Assembly: GCF_963506605.1 (NCBI RefSeq)
Contig: NC_083287.1
Span: forward strand, 57,722,001-57,786,000
Direction of reading: 5' to 3'
DNA from: Zootoca vivipara
Taxonomy: Eukaryota
DNA: 64,000 bases
Below are positions 37,521-50,689 of the stretch, one piece after another. The translations under genes were made by a program, and so were the position numbers. Position 1 is the first letter of the stretch; each line of letters starts with the position of its first letter. The notes beneath the pieces are model-generated. The model did not search any database and was not told the origin of the DNA. It worked only from the letters and a program-made list of their open reading frames with translations.

Positions 37521-40500
37521 TGTTATGTACTGAGCTGAATCCTAGAACAATAGGATTCAGAATCAGCGGGAGCTACCCAATCCAACTCCAGGTGGAAGTG
37601 AATCCGCAACCTGATTGGCCTGCTGGAGCAGCCAATCAGGCGGCTGGCAGAAGTGAATCTGCTACCTGATTGGCCTGTAGGAGCAGCCAATCAGGCTGCA
37701 GGCAGAAGTCAATCCACAATATAATTGGCCCACAGGTGTAGCCCTGAAGTAGCCAATCACGCAAGGCCCATTGTGTAAATAATGTATATAAGCAGATGGT
37801 TTTGGGAAAAGAGCCATTCGTCTTCTCTTCTCCTCCTTGATGACTATGAGCTGAATTAAGAGCATGAAATTCACTCTTGACTCCGAGTATATTTCACTGG
37901 CGACGAAGGTGGGATCCTGCTGAGCTGACCGCCACCACGCACTGCACCGCAGCACCGCCACCTGCTGCACCGCTGCATCGCACCGTGCATCCAGGCTTCA
38001 GCTCCAGGACCCAAGGAACCCAGAATGGCAACTGACAGCAGCTTCTCGCCATTCAAACCAGCATCAGGAGACTGGGAAGGGTACGCCACCCGTTTCAACT
38101 TCCTCCTGCAAGCGAAAGAAGTCACCAACGATGCCATGAAGAGGGCAACATTCTTCAGCGTCTGTGGAGAGGAGACGTTTGAAATCGCCCGGGCTCTCCT
38201 TGCACCTAGAGATGTCGCTACCGTCTCTTACAAAACAATAATGGAACGGCTGAAGGAGCACTTCTCACCACAGCCCTCGGTGGTAGCTTGCCGAAATGCC
38301 TTCTACGCAAAGCGGCAAGCCCCGGGGGAAACCATAACTGGGTTTGTGACCTCCCTCCGCCAAGCCGCCCGGTTATGCAACTTCTCAGAATTGGAGAACA
38401 TGCTTCGTGACCACCTCGTCGGTGGCCTGAGGGACGAGATGTTGCAACGGCGCCTCTACGCCAAAAAAGACCTCACGTTCCAGATTGCTCTGGAGGAAGC
38501 CCTGGCAACCGAAGCCGCCGAGAGGTCAACGCAAGAGGCACGACCGGCCCCGCCATCCCAACCGAGGGTCTACCACGAAGACCTCACCGACGAATCCGAA
38601 TCTGACAGGGAGGAAGTACACCGAGTACAGCGGCGCACTCAAGCAGCACACACACCACAGCAGCCTCGACGAGAAGGAGGGAACTGTGCAAGCTGCGGGG
38701 AGAACCACGAGAGGAGGACCTGTCGTTTCCGCAACGCAGAGTGCAGGCAGTGCAGAAAATTGGGACACATCGCCCGGGTGTGTCGGGCTCGACTCACCCG
38801 TCGACAAGCATCAGATGACCGACCCAGGAGCCCCAGGTCACACGGCACCATGCACCAAGGCAACTCGACGGAGATCACGGACTACCAGGTATTCCAGTTG
38901 CCCCATCCCAGCACAGAGAAAATTTATATAGAGGTACAGATAGAGGGAGCCCCATGCCGCATGGAGCTGGACACGGGTTCAACTCTATCCATAATCTCGG
39001 CCCGAACATTAAGGGAACTGTGCCCTAATGGGGGCCCCAAACTAAGGCCGGCCCCATTCACCCTCCGGGACTTCCAGAAACGTAAGGTCCCTACAATGGG
39101 GGTGGGGACCTTCAGGGTGCAATATCGAGGGCGAAAGCAACAATTGGACTTGCTGGTAGTTAAGGGCCCCTACGTTAGCTTACTGGGACTGGCATGGTTT
39201 GGACCTCTGGGGCTAGCCGTTACCGGGGTGAACCGCACTAGCTTACAAGTGGACGTGGACGCCATATGCAAAGAGTTTCCAGGGGTTTTCGATGGGGCAT
39301 TGGGACGATATACAGGACCCCCCATTGCCCTACAGCTAGACCCCGCTGTACGACCCATCAGGCACAAGGCCCGCCGGGTCCCGTTCGCCCTGAAACCCCG
39401 CATAGACGAGGAATTGGACCGGCTCGTGGAGCAAGGAGTGCTGGAGCCGGTGCCCAACGCCCCCTGGGAAACTCCAATTGTCACACCCGTCAAGCCTAAC
39501 GGTTCGGTCCGCATCTGTGCAGACTACAAATGCACCATAAACAAGGCTCTCACGGCCCATGCATACCCAGTGCCAGTGGTCAGCCATGTCCTCGCCACCC
39601 TGGCTGGGTCAAAAAATCTTTGGCAAACTGGACTTGGCCCAAGCGTATCAACAGTTGCCTGTGGACGAAGCCACAGCAGAGGCTCAGACGATTGTGACGC
39701 ACAGAGGGGCATTCAGAGTAAAGCGGCTGCAATTTGGCGTTAGCGTGGCACCAGGCATATTCCAGAATCTAATGGACTCTCTCCTTAAAGGGATTCCTGG
39801 CGTCACCCCCTTCTTCGATGATGTACTGATCGCCGGGCCCACACCAGAGGAATTTGAGGACCGCCTCCGCTCCGTCCTGCACCGTTTCCAGACGGCGGGC
39901 CTCAAGGTGAAGCGGGAAAAGTGTTTACTGGGAGTGCCGCAGGTGGACTTTCTGGGATTTAAGGTGGACGCAGAAGGGGTCCATCCAACCGGTGACAAGG
40001 TACGGGCCATTTGTGAGGCCCCAGCGCCCAAGAGCAAGCCCGAACTTCAGTCATTCTTGGGACTATTGAACTTTTACCATGCCTTCCTTCCCCATAAGGC
40101 AGCGGTAGCGGAGCCCCTACACAGACTCCTAGATAAAAGGGCCCCTTGGGTGTGGGGCCAGCGACAAAGGGCCGCATTCCAGGCAGTCAAGGACTTGCTC
40201 GTCTCGAACTCGGTCTTAGCACACTTCGACGAGAGGCTGCCAGTGGTGCTGGCATGCGACGCCTCTCCCTATGGCATCGGCGCTGTCCTGGGACACCAAC
40301 TCCCGGATGGAAGAGAGGTGCCGGTGGCATACTTCTCCCAGACGCTTGCTGCAGCCGAACGAAACTACTCACAGATTGACAAGGAGGGTCTGGCAATCGT
40401 GAAGGGCGTAAAAAAATTCCATGATTTCTTGTACGGGCGGCCCTTTACCATAGTGACTGACCACAAGCCGTTGCTTGGCCTGTTTGCCCCTGAGAAGCAG

Positions 40501-42482
40501 ACCCCCCAAGTGTTGTCTCCACGTGTCCTCAGGTGGTCAATTTTCCTTGCCGGCTACCAGTATGCACTAATCCACCGCCCTGGGAAGGCGATGGGCCACG
40601 CAGACGCCCTCAGCAGGCTACCACTACCAGAAACAGGCCCCGACCCAGCGCCTGCGCAAGAGGTTATGACCCTGGAGCTGCTTCCCGACCGACCCATTCA
40701 GGCACAAGAAGTTGCGCACCATTCCACAAAAGATAGGGTCATCTCCCGGGTCCTGGACTGGGTGTGGCGAGGATGGCCCAGCAGCAGCCCCGGGCCAGAA
40801 TTCGCTGGCTACACAAACCGCAAACATGAACTGTCGGCCCACAAGGGGTGCCTGTTATGGGGAAGCAGGGTTGTTGTTCCCCAGCCCCTCCGCAAAAGGG
40901 TCCTCACAGCCCTACACGAGACACACCCAGGGGTAGTGAGGATGAAGGCCCTTGCCAGGAGTTATGTGTGGTGGCCGGGGATTGACAGAGAGATAGAGGC
41001 CTGGGTCCAACACTGCCAGACCTGCCAAGAATCCCGCCCGGATCCCCCAAGGGCCCCAGTCCAGCCCTGGGAGTCCGCCCGACATCCATGGTCACGCTTG
41101 CACGTGGACTTCGCTGGCCCCTTCCAGGGAAAAACATTCTTCATAGTGGTGGATTCCTACACCAAATGGCTGGAGGTTGCACTGGTACCATCCACTGCTA
41201 CGGCGGCAGCCATCCGGGTACTCCGTAAGCTGTTTGCGACCCACGGGCTCCCTGACACCCTCGTCTCGGACAATGGAACCGCATTCACGTCAGAGGAGTT
41301 CCAGACCTTCACAGCGCAGAACGCCATCCGCCACATCCGCTCAGCACCATTCCACCCTGCCACCAATGGCCAAGCGGAGCGCATGGTGCGGACCACCAAG
41401 GACAGCCTCCGCCGCATGACACAAGGGGACTGGGAATACCGCCTTGCCGCATTTCTTCTAGCACAGCACAGCACCCCAAGCACAACGACGGGCCGGAGCC
41501 CAGCTGAATTACTAATGGGCCGGCGCCTTGCAACTAGACTGGACCGACTTCACCCCGACAGAGCTCAGGATGAGGTAGTGGTGGGGAAAGGCAGGAACCC
41601 CCGGACATTTGTGGCCCAGGACCCAGTGTATGCAAAGAATTTTGGGGCAGGCCCAGCATGGGTACCCGCCACAGTCACCAAGGTGACCGGTCCCGTGTCG
41701 TACGAGGTACTAACGGAAGGGGGGCAATGTTGGCGCCGCCACTGTGACCAGCTACGGCGACGATTCCCAGGAGGAACCCGGGAGGAGAGCGGGACAGAGG
41801 GGTCCCAAGGGGACAGCAGGGCAGTGAGGCCTGTAGAGCGAGAGGGGTGGGCAGGGGAAGCAGAAGCAGTAGGCACAGAGGGGCGCCCCGAGGCTGGAAG
41901 GACACCGGAACCAGAGCTACAACCTAGTGGTTCAGTGGCGCCAGACCAGACAGCCCTGGCACAGCCAGCAGCCTCGGAACACGAGCCAGAACCAGAACCC
42001 CTGACCAAGGAACACCCCAGGCCACAATGCACACGGAGGCGGCCAGCAGACCTTGGGGACTACGAATGCAACTTCCCGGGCAGGACTGGAACTTAGAGGG
42101 GAGGGGTGTTATGTACTGAGCTGAATCCTAGAACAATAGGATTCAGAATCAGCGGGAGCTACCCAATCCAACTCCAGGTGGAAGTGAATCCGCAACCTGA
42201 TTGGCCTGCTGGAGCAGCCAATCAGGCGGCTGGCAGAAGTGAATCTGCTACCTGATTGGCCTGTAGGAGCAGCCAATCAGGCTGCAGGCAGAAGTCAATC
42301 CACAATATAATTGGCCCACAGGTGTAGCCCTGAAGTAGCCAATCACACAAGGCCCATTGTGTAAATAATGTATATAAGCAGATGGTTTGGGGAAAAGAGC
42401 CATTCGTCTTCTCTTCTCCTCCTTGATGACTATGAGCTGAATAAAGAGCATGAAATTCACTCTTGACTCCGAGTATATTTCA
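37521..42482 (+). mobile_element. Ty3/Gypsy (Mag-like) LTR retrotransposon, full length
   Basis: 376-bp TG..CA LTRs (37521-37896 and 42107-42482, 3 differences). TSD TGCCC. PBS TGGCGACGAAGGTGGGAT (37898-37915) is complementary to the tRNA-Ser(GCU) 3' end. PPT at 42095-42106. Confidence 0.98.
38025..42096 (+). CDS. Gypsy gag-pol polyprotein (Zn knuckles, protease, RT, RNase H, integrase); one frameshift at 39611-39616
   Basis: CASCGENH..C and CRQCRKLGHIARVC knuckles, LDTGS protease, RT FFDD, RNase H CDASPYG..TDHKPL, integrase HETH..CQTC and D..SDNG..ER. Confidence 0.92.
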
Positions 42483-43882
42483 TGCCCCTTAACTGAGCTG
42501 ATACTCATACAAGTGTATGATCTGCCCCAGAGGACGAGACAGACAAAGATTCCAGATTTATTCCCTCCCAAAGGGCCTTCTCTCTGTGTGAGCACCTTGG
42601 ATTGGTCTGTAGATTACGCCTGGAACAAACGCAGAACATTTGATCAAGAAAGTAACTAATCTTGCAGCTGAACTTATTCAAGCAGAAGTTCAAGTCGAAG
42701 TGAAAATCATGGCAGGACCTAACACTGGACCTGCAAGTGATGCGTCTTTATCTACTAAAGAAGTTCTAAGATGAGTAAGAGATGAGTAAAAATAAGCATT
42801 TAGACCTACAGGCCGTGGAGCGAGATGAGTTCTCCGCGAATACCAACTTAACTGCTGCTCTTAATATGGATAGTCAAGTTAAGCCCCCTATTCAAGATCA
42901 TCAGGGTTTAAAGGAGGCAGTCGCTAAATGATATATATATACAGTAACTAAAGAACTAGATTTAATTAAGCAATTTCTATCAGAATGTATTAGCCTACTT
43001 GTCACGTTGGCTCAAATTTGCAAAAGTGATGTGCGGTTAGCCTACTCAAATATGAAAGAAAATGAACATGAGAAAGACATAACCATAAACCATAGGAAGG
43101 AGATGCTGCCTAAGAAAGACATCCTTTGCTCTCTCTCTTCAACCGACCTCCCCTTGAGCAAATCTCCATTTTGCTGGCTGGCAAAAACGTATTTATTACT
43201 GCACATGTAGCAAAATTTGCTTTGGCTGCAAGTAAGTTGCACCAAGGCATGTATCATAAAAGGGAGTGTGAGATGTGGAATGCTTAAGTTACCAGTATGT
43301 AGGTGTGATTCTTGAATTTTGTATGTTTGCTTTGCTGTTGCTGCTGTTCAGTTTTAAATCAATTATTTGTATCCTAAGCATTATGACCAATTGTGATGGC
43401 TTTTAGCTTTTAGCAATAAAGATTCACTCACTCGCTCTTGCTGTAACATTATGATGCTTTCTTTCTTTTAAAAAAATACTATTTTTTATCAGTTTTCAAT
43501 TACAATCCAATAACTGCCTCATTATAACAATACCAGTTTATAATACAATTATTAATACCAATCGTTCAAATACTGACTCATATAATTTAGATAAAGTGGC
43601 CCCCCGCGTGCCAGAATTGATGACTTGAATATTTGCTTTATTTCTTGGGCTTAATAGATTATTCAAGAAATTATATTTCTTATTTCTTTTTCTTTTTAAA
43701 ATTCTGACAATGCAATGTCATGCAAACATTGAGTCCAAACATCCCGCTCTAGCACAGAAGGCAGAGTTTAGGAAATGCATAAAAAATAACTCCCAAATAA
43801 CACAATTGAGTTCCTACCACAGACAACCGTTTTCTTAGAAGGCAAGACACAGTTTATGCTAACCGAGGCCATTTTTTAAAAG

Positions 43883-45135
43883 TGGTTCCCTCGCTGTAAG
43901 AAGCCAAGTTGCAGGGAACCAGGCAGAGGGCCTTCTTGGTGGTGGCACCCGCCCTGTGGAATGCCCTCCCATCAGATGTCAAAGAGATAAACAACTACCT
44001 GTTGACCTATGACTGGAAGAATTGCAATAAAGCACCTAAACCCCTCTGATTCCCAAGATTGACAAGATTTCTGCTCCCCTCGCCCCCCCCATTTCCTCCC
44101 AATGCTTTTCCTGTAAACCAGCTGGTTTACCAGCACTGACAGACATTGGCAGCCGCTGTGCCTGACCCTGCCAGACGAAACCCAATCCATGGCAGAATTA
44201 CTTTCGCTTTCTACGCAGATCAAATGTTTGACTCCTAATGCTCATAAATTCAGGAAAACAGACAAGAGAAGCAGCACATAAGGCCGTCCAGGTCTGTATC
44301 CAAGTGAGGGCAGAGATTGCCAAAGAGGTAGTGTGTGGGCATGGGATTGAGAAGAGGGGCGAGGGAATCTGAAACGATTCAGGGCTAGCTCACTTGCAAA
44401 TAGGTTTAGGGTTGCAACTTAAGCGTGACAGATTAACTGGAAAGCATTTTCTGCAAGAAAACACCAGTGCATATACCAAATTCTTACAAACTTTTAAGAG
44501 GATTTACAAAATATTGTAGCTATGTGGCTGGCTAGGTAGGCTAGGTAGCCACCTGGGGGGCCTGTCTCCAGATGTGAGCCAAAAAAAAGAGGGGGGGGGA
44601 GAGAGAATCTCATAAGTTCTATTATTCCTGGCAAGACCCCTTTGATTCCCTCCTCAAAGAATAAAGACACCACAGTCTTGTTCAGAAGTAACAATAAGAA
44701 GTTTACTCATGATCAGAGCACAGTGTGGTCCCTGAAGGAAGGCATCAGGCTTGAAGTTACAAATAAGTAGAAGGAGTGGATTTACCTCATATGGGTAGTC
44801 CAGGAGGCAAATGGCGAAAAAGAGTCAAAGAGGAAGATGGCTGCATGAATGGACCTTTGATTAGGTCTGGAAGCATCACACCCACCTACCTGGTCACCAG
44901 GGAACCAGGCAGAGGGCCTTCTCGGTGGTGGCACCCGCCCTGTGGAAGGCACTCCCATCAGATGTCAAAGAGATAAACAACTACCTGACATTTTAAAAAC
45001 ATCTGAAGGCAGCCCTGTTTAGGGAAGTTTTTAATGTGTGTCATTTTAATGTATTTTTAATTTTTGTTGGAAACCGCCCAGAGTGGCTTGGGAAACCCAA
45101 CCAGATGGGTGGGGTACAAATAATAAATTATTGTC
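43883..45135 (+). mobile_element. L2 3' end interrupted by an ~0.9-kb insert with a 90-bp duplication
   Basis: 43912-44001 is repeated at 44898-44987; L2 sequence continues on both outer sides. Confidence 0.7.
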
Positions 45136-45590
45136 ATTATTATTCTCATTGTTATTATTAGGAAGCTCACAAGGTCCTGCCTGGAGGCTTGCAACATAAA
45201 AAACTAGGCACGCCAAAGGGTGGATGCTCAGGGACTCCTGGATTCTTGGCCAGCTGTCACCTTCCTTTTGCTCTGCTTTTCATGACCGTTTTATCAGAGA
45301 CCCACCGTCATGAAGTCTTGCTTAACCCTCCCAATTCACTTTTCTCCTTTTCCCTCCCAAGCAAGTGATGTTCTTCTAAACAGCTTGCCTCCCCCAGTCC
45401 CAAGCCTCCGCGGGAGGAGAGCGATCCCCGCAGAGGCTTAGGATGGAAGCTGCGCTTGCCTTTTCTCTAAGCTGAACAGCGCCCCACGCGGCCACCCATC
45501 GCGCAAGCCAGCTGCTAGTTCTCCAAGCAGCCACTAGGGGGAACTCTTGCCCTGCTCATTCCAAGCAGAAGAGAACCTCATTCAGCTGCT

Positions 45591-45709
45591 ACTTTCATTT
45601 TCCCTTCGGAGAAGCAGCTCTTCGCTCGCTCCCGTTCACGGCAGGAAAATTCAAAACGGCGTGGAAGACGACGCGGGACGAAGGAGGATCTGCAGAAGCA
45701 GCTGAGGAG
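45591..45709 (+). promoter_or_regulatory. ISRE-like element and candidate non-coding first exon of the third GIMAP
   Basis: ACTTTCATTTTC (45591-45602) in a small CpG-rich patch; donor GAG|GTGAGG at 45710. Confidence 0.5.
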
Positions 45710-46918
45710 GTGAGGCAGAGTGGTGGAGAGGAGGAGGGAGAAAGGGATCTCGTTGCAAGAGGACCCGGGAGACGCCCTTGTCTCGCTTGCAGCCCTTGGC
45801 ATTGGCAGCCTCTCTGCGCTCATGGGCGCACCTTCCTCGCTCAGAAGGAGCTCCGTTCAATAGGTCCAGGCATACTAGGCTGGGCTCATGGCATCAAAGC
45901 TTCCTAGGGTGGCAGCAGCAGCTGTGTTTAGCCTGTTGCAAGAAAAGGCAAGGAAGAAGGATCCTTGCAGAGGATCTTTAAAGGCTGACCGACCGACTGT
46001 GGCTTAAGAGGGTGCCAAACTGGGGCTTCTCTTAATAGGAGCAGGCGGGGTTGGACACTGTGGTCTTTTTGGCGCTTGCTGAAATTATTCCTTACCCTCC
46101 CACATTTTCCTGATGAAAATAGGGTCCGTCCTGCTCCATAATATGATTAATAATTTTATTACTTGTACACACCTGACTTTGTGGCCCCAGACACTCTGGG
46201 TGGCTTCCAACATGTATATAAAAGCAGAAGCAAACATTAAACAGCTTCCCTATCCAGGGCTGCCTTCAGATGTCTTCCATAGGTTGTCTAGTTACTTCTA
46301 TCCTTGGCTCGTGGGTTCCATAACTCCATGCCTCCAACATTTCTCCGATGGTAATAGGGGCATCCTGAACCTGGATGTCCCTATTGGTTAGAGCCAGGGG
46401 TGCAGGTTCGATCCCCATATGGGACAGCTGCATATTTCTGTATTGCCAAGGGGTTAGACTAGATGACTCTTGGGGTCCCTTCCCACTCTACAATTCTATG
46501 ATTCTATTAATCTAAGGAAAAGCGGGACATTCTGGGATCAAATCTGAAACCGAGGTGGCTTTAAATCTGGGACTGTCCCTGGAAAATAGGGACACTTGGA
46601 AGGCCTGTGAATCTTCTTTAGACAAGCTTATTCAGATGCTTAGAAAGCTGATGAGACTTTTAATCTGTTCCTAGCTCTTGTCATTTTAACTTTTTAACGC
46701 AGCTTTTAAGTCATCATTAATTCTTCTTAATGGCGTTGTTTGTTTGTTTTTGCAAACTGCTTTGAGGTTCTTTTTTTTTTACAATCAAGGAGTGCATATT
46801 TTTATGAAATGAATAAATTAAGCAAACGCTCTACCAGAATATAAATTTTATTATTTGAACCCCACCCATCTGACTGGGTTTCCACAGCTACTCTGGGCAG
46901 CTTCCAAAAGATCTAAGC

Positions 46919-47540
46919 CAGCGTTTCTCAACCGCTGTTCTGCGGCACACTACTGTGCCGTGAGACGCTGGCTGGTGTGCCGCGGCGTGCGGCTTGTTTC
47001 CCGGGCAACGGCAAACCCTCACCAGCCGGAAGCCTCGGCTCAAGGCTCGCGAGAGCGCAAACCTGGCTGACGAGAGAAAGCTCCACTTCCGCCACCCCCG
47101 CACGCCGTTGAGGGAAAGGGAGCCAGAGAAAGGACTACAGTTCCCAGGGGCTCCTTTCGGGCAACTGTTCTCGCCGCTTGCTCTCGCGAGATGGCCCAGC
47201 GCCGCTCTGTTCCCCAACCCCACCTCTCGCAAGTTCGCGCTCGCTTGCGGCGCGGTGGTTGAATGTGGGGCGGTGGCGGCGGTGGCAGCGCGCTCCGCTG
47301 CCTCGTCGTCTCCTCCGACGGAGCTGTCCTTGTCGCCGTTCGTCCGGAAGCTCCGTAAGTGGTGGATCCTCCGAAGCCCCTCTCCCTTTCAGGCTAGCGG
47401 AGACGAGCGCGCTGGAGCTGCAGCCGCTGCTTCTAGGGGCGCCGGAATGAGCGGCAGAGGGGAACTTTCTTCCAGGTGTGCCGCGTGATTTTTTTCATGT
47501 AACAAGTGTGCCTTGGCCCAAAAAAGGTTGAGAAACACTG
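46919..47540. mobile_element. 622-bp hAT non-autonomous element with CpG-island-like cargo
   Basis: TIR CAGCGTTTCTCAACC...GGTTGAGAAACACTG; TSD ATCTAAGC/ATCTAAAC; inserted in an L2 3' remnant. Confidence 0.85.
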
Positions 47541-47958
47541 ATCTAAACACATAATAAAACATCAAATGTTAAAAACTTCCCAATAGAGTCATATAAAGCC
47601 TTAGATGTTTAAACTGATGTTTGCCAGGTGCTCCCTTCAGGGTGAGGAGGGTTGTTCTTCTGTTCACAATATGTGAAAATAATATTTGAAATAAATAATA
47701 ATAACATTTTTCATTGAATCCTGCGTATGTGCCACCTGACAAAAGAGCCAGAGCGCTTGGGCACAGTCCAGTGGGCATTTCCTTTCGCATTGCTTGCAAA
47801 ATATTCTGGACATTTTTATTACTGAAATGTGCTGTTTCTCACTTGATTTGCCACATGTCTGAACTAGAGGTGGGTGTCTGGGTGGGTGGGCTGGCTTTGC
47901 AGGTGGAAGGCTGCCTGAGACTCTCATCTTGATTTCTTGCCATTTTTTTCAGGGGAAG

Positions 47959-48275
47959 ATGGGCAGGACCAGAGGAGGTAAGGAAGGGTTCAAGTGACTC
48001 AGAGGCCAATGGACTGCTTGGGGTCGGGTGGATTATTCTAAATATATTTTGCAAGAGTTTTTCGCAGCACCCCCACCGACATTTATTTTATTTATTTGCA
48101 AAAATTATTGTTACACCAATATGTAATACTTTTTTTTTAAAAAAAATCAAAGTGGTTTTCAGCAAAAAAATATAAAAGAGTACAATAAGCACCACAACAA
48201 AGAGAGTTAAAAACAGACATCAATGAACCATTGTGGAAGGGTGTGTTCTTAATTGCCTGCATAAGCCTGTCAGGA

Positions 48276-48312
<37 letters not shown>

Positions 48313-50555
48313 CTGCCCATCTGGCTGGGTTTCCCCAGCCACTCTGGGCTGCTCCCAACAGAATACTATTATTATTAATAATACAGCGATAAAACTTCAA
48401 GCATTAAAAACTTCCCTAAACAGGGTTGCCTTCTATAAGTCTGAGGGTTTTTTTATTACCTTGACATCTGATGGGAGGGCGGTTCAGCAGGTGTTCAAAA
48501 GTTGGCTCAGACGGCACCAGCTGAATCTCCAGTGGTAAGGAGTTCCACAGGACTGGGCCGATGATACCAGAAGCTCAGACATGATGCCCACCCTTCCACT
48601 CTTCTCTTCCTCGGATTTTGGGAGGTGGGAGGTGCCTGGGTGGGATGCCATCCTGACGCACATCTGCAAGAACCTAGAAAGATGCCCTTGGCTGCATCAG
48701 GACACTGGTTCGCTCAGCTCATCCTTGCCTGCAGTGGCCAAAGCTTGGATAGTTAATTTGTAAAAGGAACTAGTTCAAGTTCAAGATGCCCCCAGAGGAA
48801 CGAATTCTACTTCACAGTTGTCCTGTTATGAAACAAACTTGTTTGGTTCATGCTCAGTTACAAGCTGCTGTGCAGAATTATGAAACATACTTGCATAACT
48901 GTTTATACCAATGGTCCTCTCAAACTATTTATAGTTTCTTGGTTAGCCAGTCATTTTAATAATTGTTGTTTTTATGTGCCCTGAGATCTGTGGATGAGGG
49001 ACAGTATAATAATAATAATAATAATACTGTAATCACACGTTGTGTGATATTTTACATGAGTTGGTGCTATATAAACACACAAACAAACACACACACTTCT
49101 GTTTTACAATTTAAAATACTAATTTTAACATCCTGAAAATATCAATGATTTCCCTTCTCTTTCCATGTTTCCTTTAAACCATTCAGTATTCCATTATTGC
49201 ATCCATCAAAACTTATTTACACTGTTGAATCTATCAGGTGTACACAATTATTTCCCATATATTCAATAAACATTTCCCAACCTGTTCTTCTTCTGCTTTT
49301 ATTTATACATATGTATAAGCTGAGCCTAGGGCTTGCCGATCACTGAGCCTAGGGCTTGCCGATCAGAAGGTCGGCCGTTCGAATCCCCGCGACAGGGTGA
49401 GCTCCCGTTGCTCGGTCCCAGCTCCTGCCCACCTAGCAGTTTGAAAGCAAGTCAAAGTGCAAGTAGATAAATAGGTACCGCTCCGGTGGGAAGGTAAATG
49501 GCATTTCCGTGTGCTGCCCTCGTTTCCCAGATGTGGCTTTGTCATGCTGGCCAATAACGCGAGATGAGCGCTGCAACCCCAGAGTCAGTCACAACTGGAC
49601 CTAATGGTCAGGAGTCCCTTTATCTTTACCTTTACGCTTTACATATGCATTCAGTCTCTGTGAGGATCAGAAAACCAGGTAATTCTCAACACTCACACAT
49701 TAAGAGGGATCCCACTAGAAGTGGTTGCTCTGATATGTTTGCTGACCAGATCTTCGCTGTCTTTCAAAACCCGCAGGAAATCAAGAACTGAGGATCGCCC
49801 TTGTGGGCAAGACTGGAGGCGGCAAAAGCGCCACAGGAAACACCATTCTTGGCCAGAAGCTCTTTGATTCGAAACTTCAGGCCAGGACAACCACCTTGGC
49901 CTGCCAAAAGGCGTCTTGCATTTGGAGAGGCTATGCCGTGTCCGTGATTGACACAGCGGATATTTTGGGCACAGGAGCTTGCGATGAAAGGCTGGACCAG
50001 GAGACCAAGCGTTGCCTCGACCTCTCTCAGCCTGGCCCTCACGCGCTTGTGTTTGTGACCCAAGTGGGCCGCTTCACCGCGGAGGACAAGGAGGCAGCCC
50101 AGCGAGTCCGGGACATGTTTGGGACGGAGGCCATGAAGCACACCATCCTCTTGTTCACCCGCAAAGAAGCCTTAGAAGGCAACTCTTTGCAGGATTACGT
50201 GATGCAGTCAGAGAATGAGGCTCTCCGGAAGCTGGTCCAAGAATGTGGGGGGCGCTTCTGTGCTTTTGATAACAGGGCGGCAATAGGAGAACGAGATGAC
50301 CAGGTCTCCGAGCTGATGGAGATGGTCATGAAGATGGTCCAGGGGAATGCAAGGCCATACCTGGAGACGCCCATCATGGAGGCAGCGCTTGGATATTACA
50401 TGGCAGGAGGCAGGAAAAGGGCCAAGGGAGAGGGGAAAGGGAAAGCTCGCAAGGGTTTCAGCTACAGAACAATATTTCTCGTCCTGTGTGTGTTTGGTAC
50501 AGGGCTTTACTTTCTCTCTCGATTTCTCCCCATTAGCAGAGCTGGGGATTTTTAA
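47959..50555 (+). CDS. GIMAP: GIMAP-family GTPase with C-terminal transmembrane anchor (GIMAP1/5-like architecture); join(47959..47977,49777..50555), 265 aa
   Basis: Motifs GKTGGGKSATGNTILG, DTAD, PGPHALVFVTQVGRFT, TRKEA, FDN; hydrophobic tail TIFLVLCVFGTGLYFL. Phase-1 GAG|GTAAG donor matches CCGCAG|GA acceptor; AATAAA at ~50805. Confidence 0.92.
49320..49635 (+). mobile_element. Sauria SINE, 5'-truncated, with a 23-bp duplicated 5' end
   Basis: CTGAGCCTAGGGCTTGCCGATCA twice, then SINE body and TTTACC tail. Confidence 0.88.
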
Positions 50556-50689
50556 AGCTTCTTATCAGGTGTCAGGACAAAAACAAATGAATCACCAAAT
50601 AAACAAAGTCTTTTAGATATACCTTCTGTTTTAATACTTTTTAGCTTTCCAAAAAGTTTTACAAATTCTAAACGATTGTACCCCACCCT

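Noticed and set aside
39611-39616. Programmed ribosomal frameshift in the Gypsy element
   Set aside because: It lies within RT rather than at the gag/pol boundary; a homopolymer indel (real or sequencing error) is simpler.
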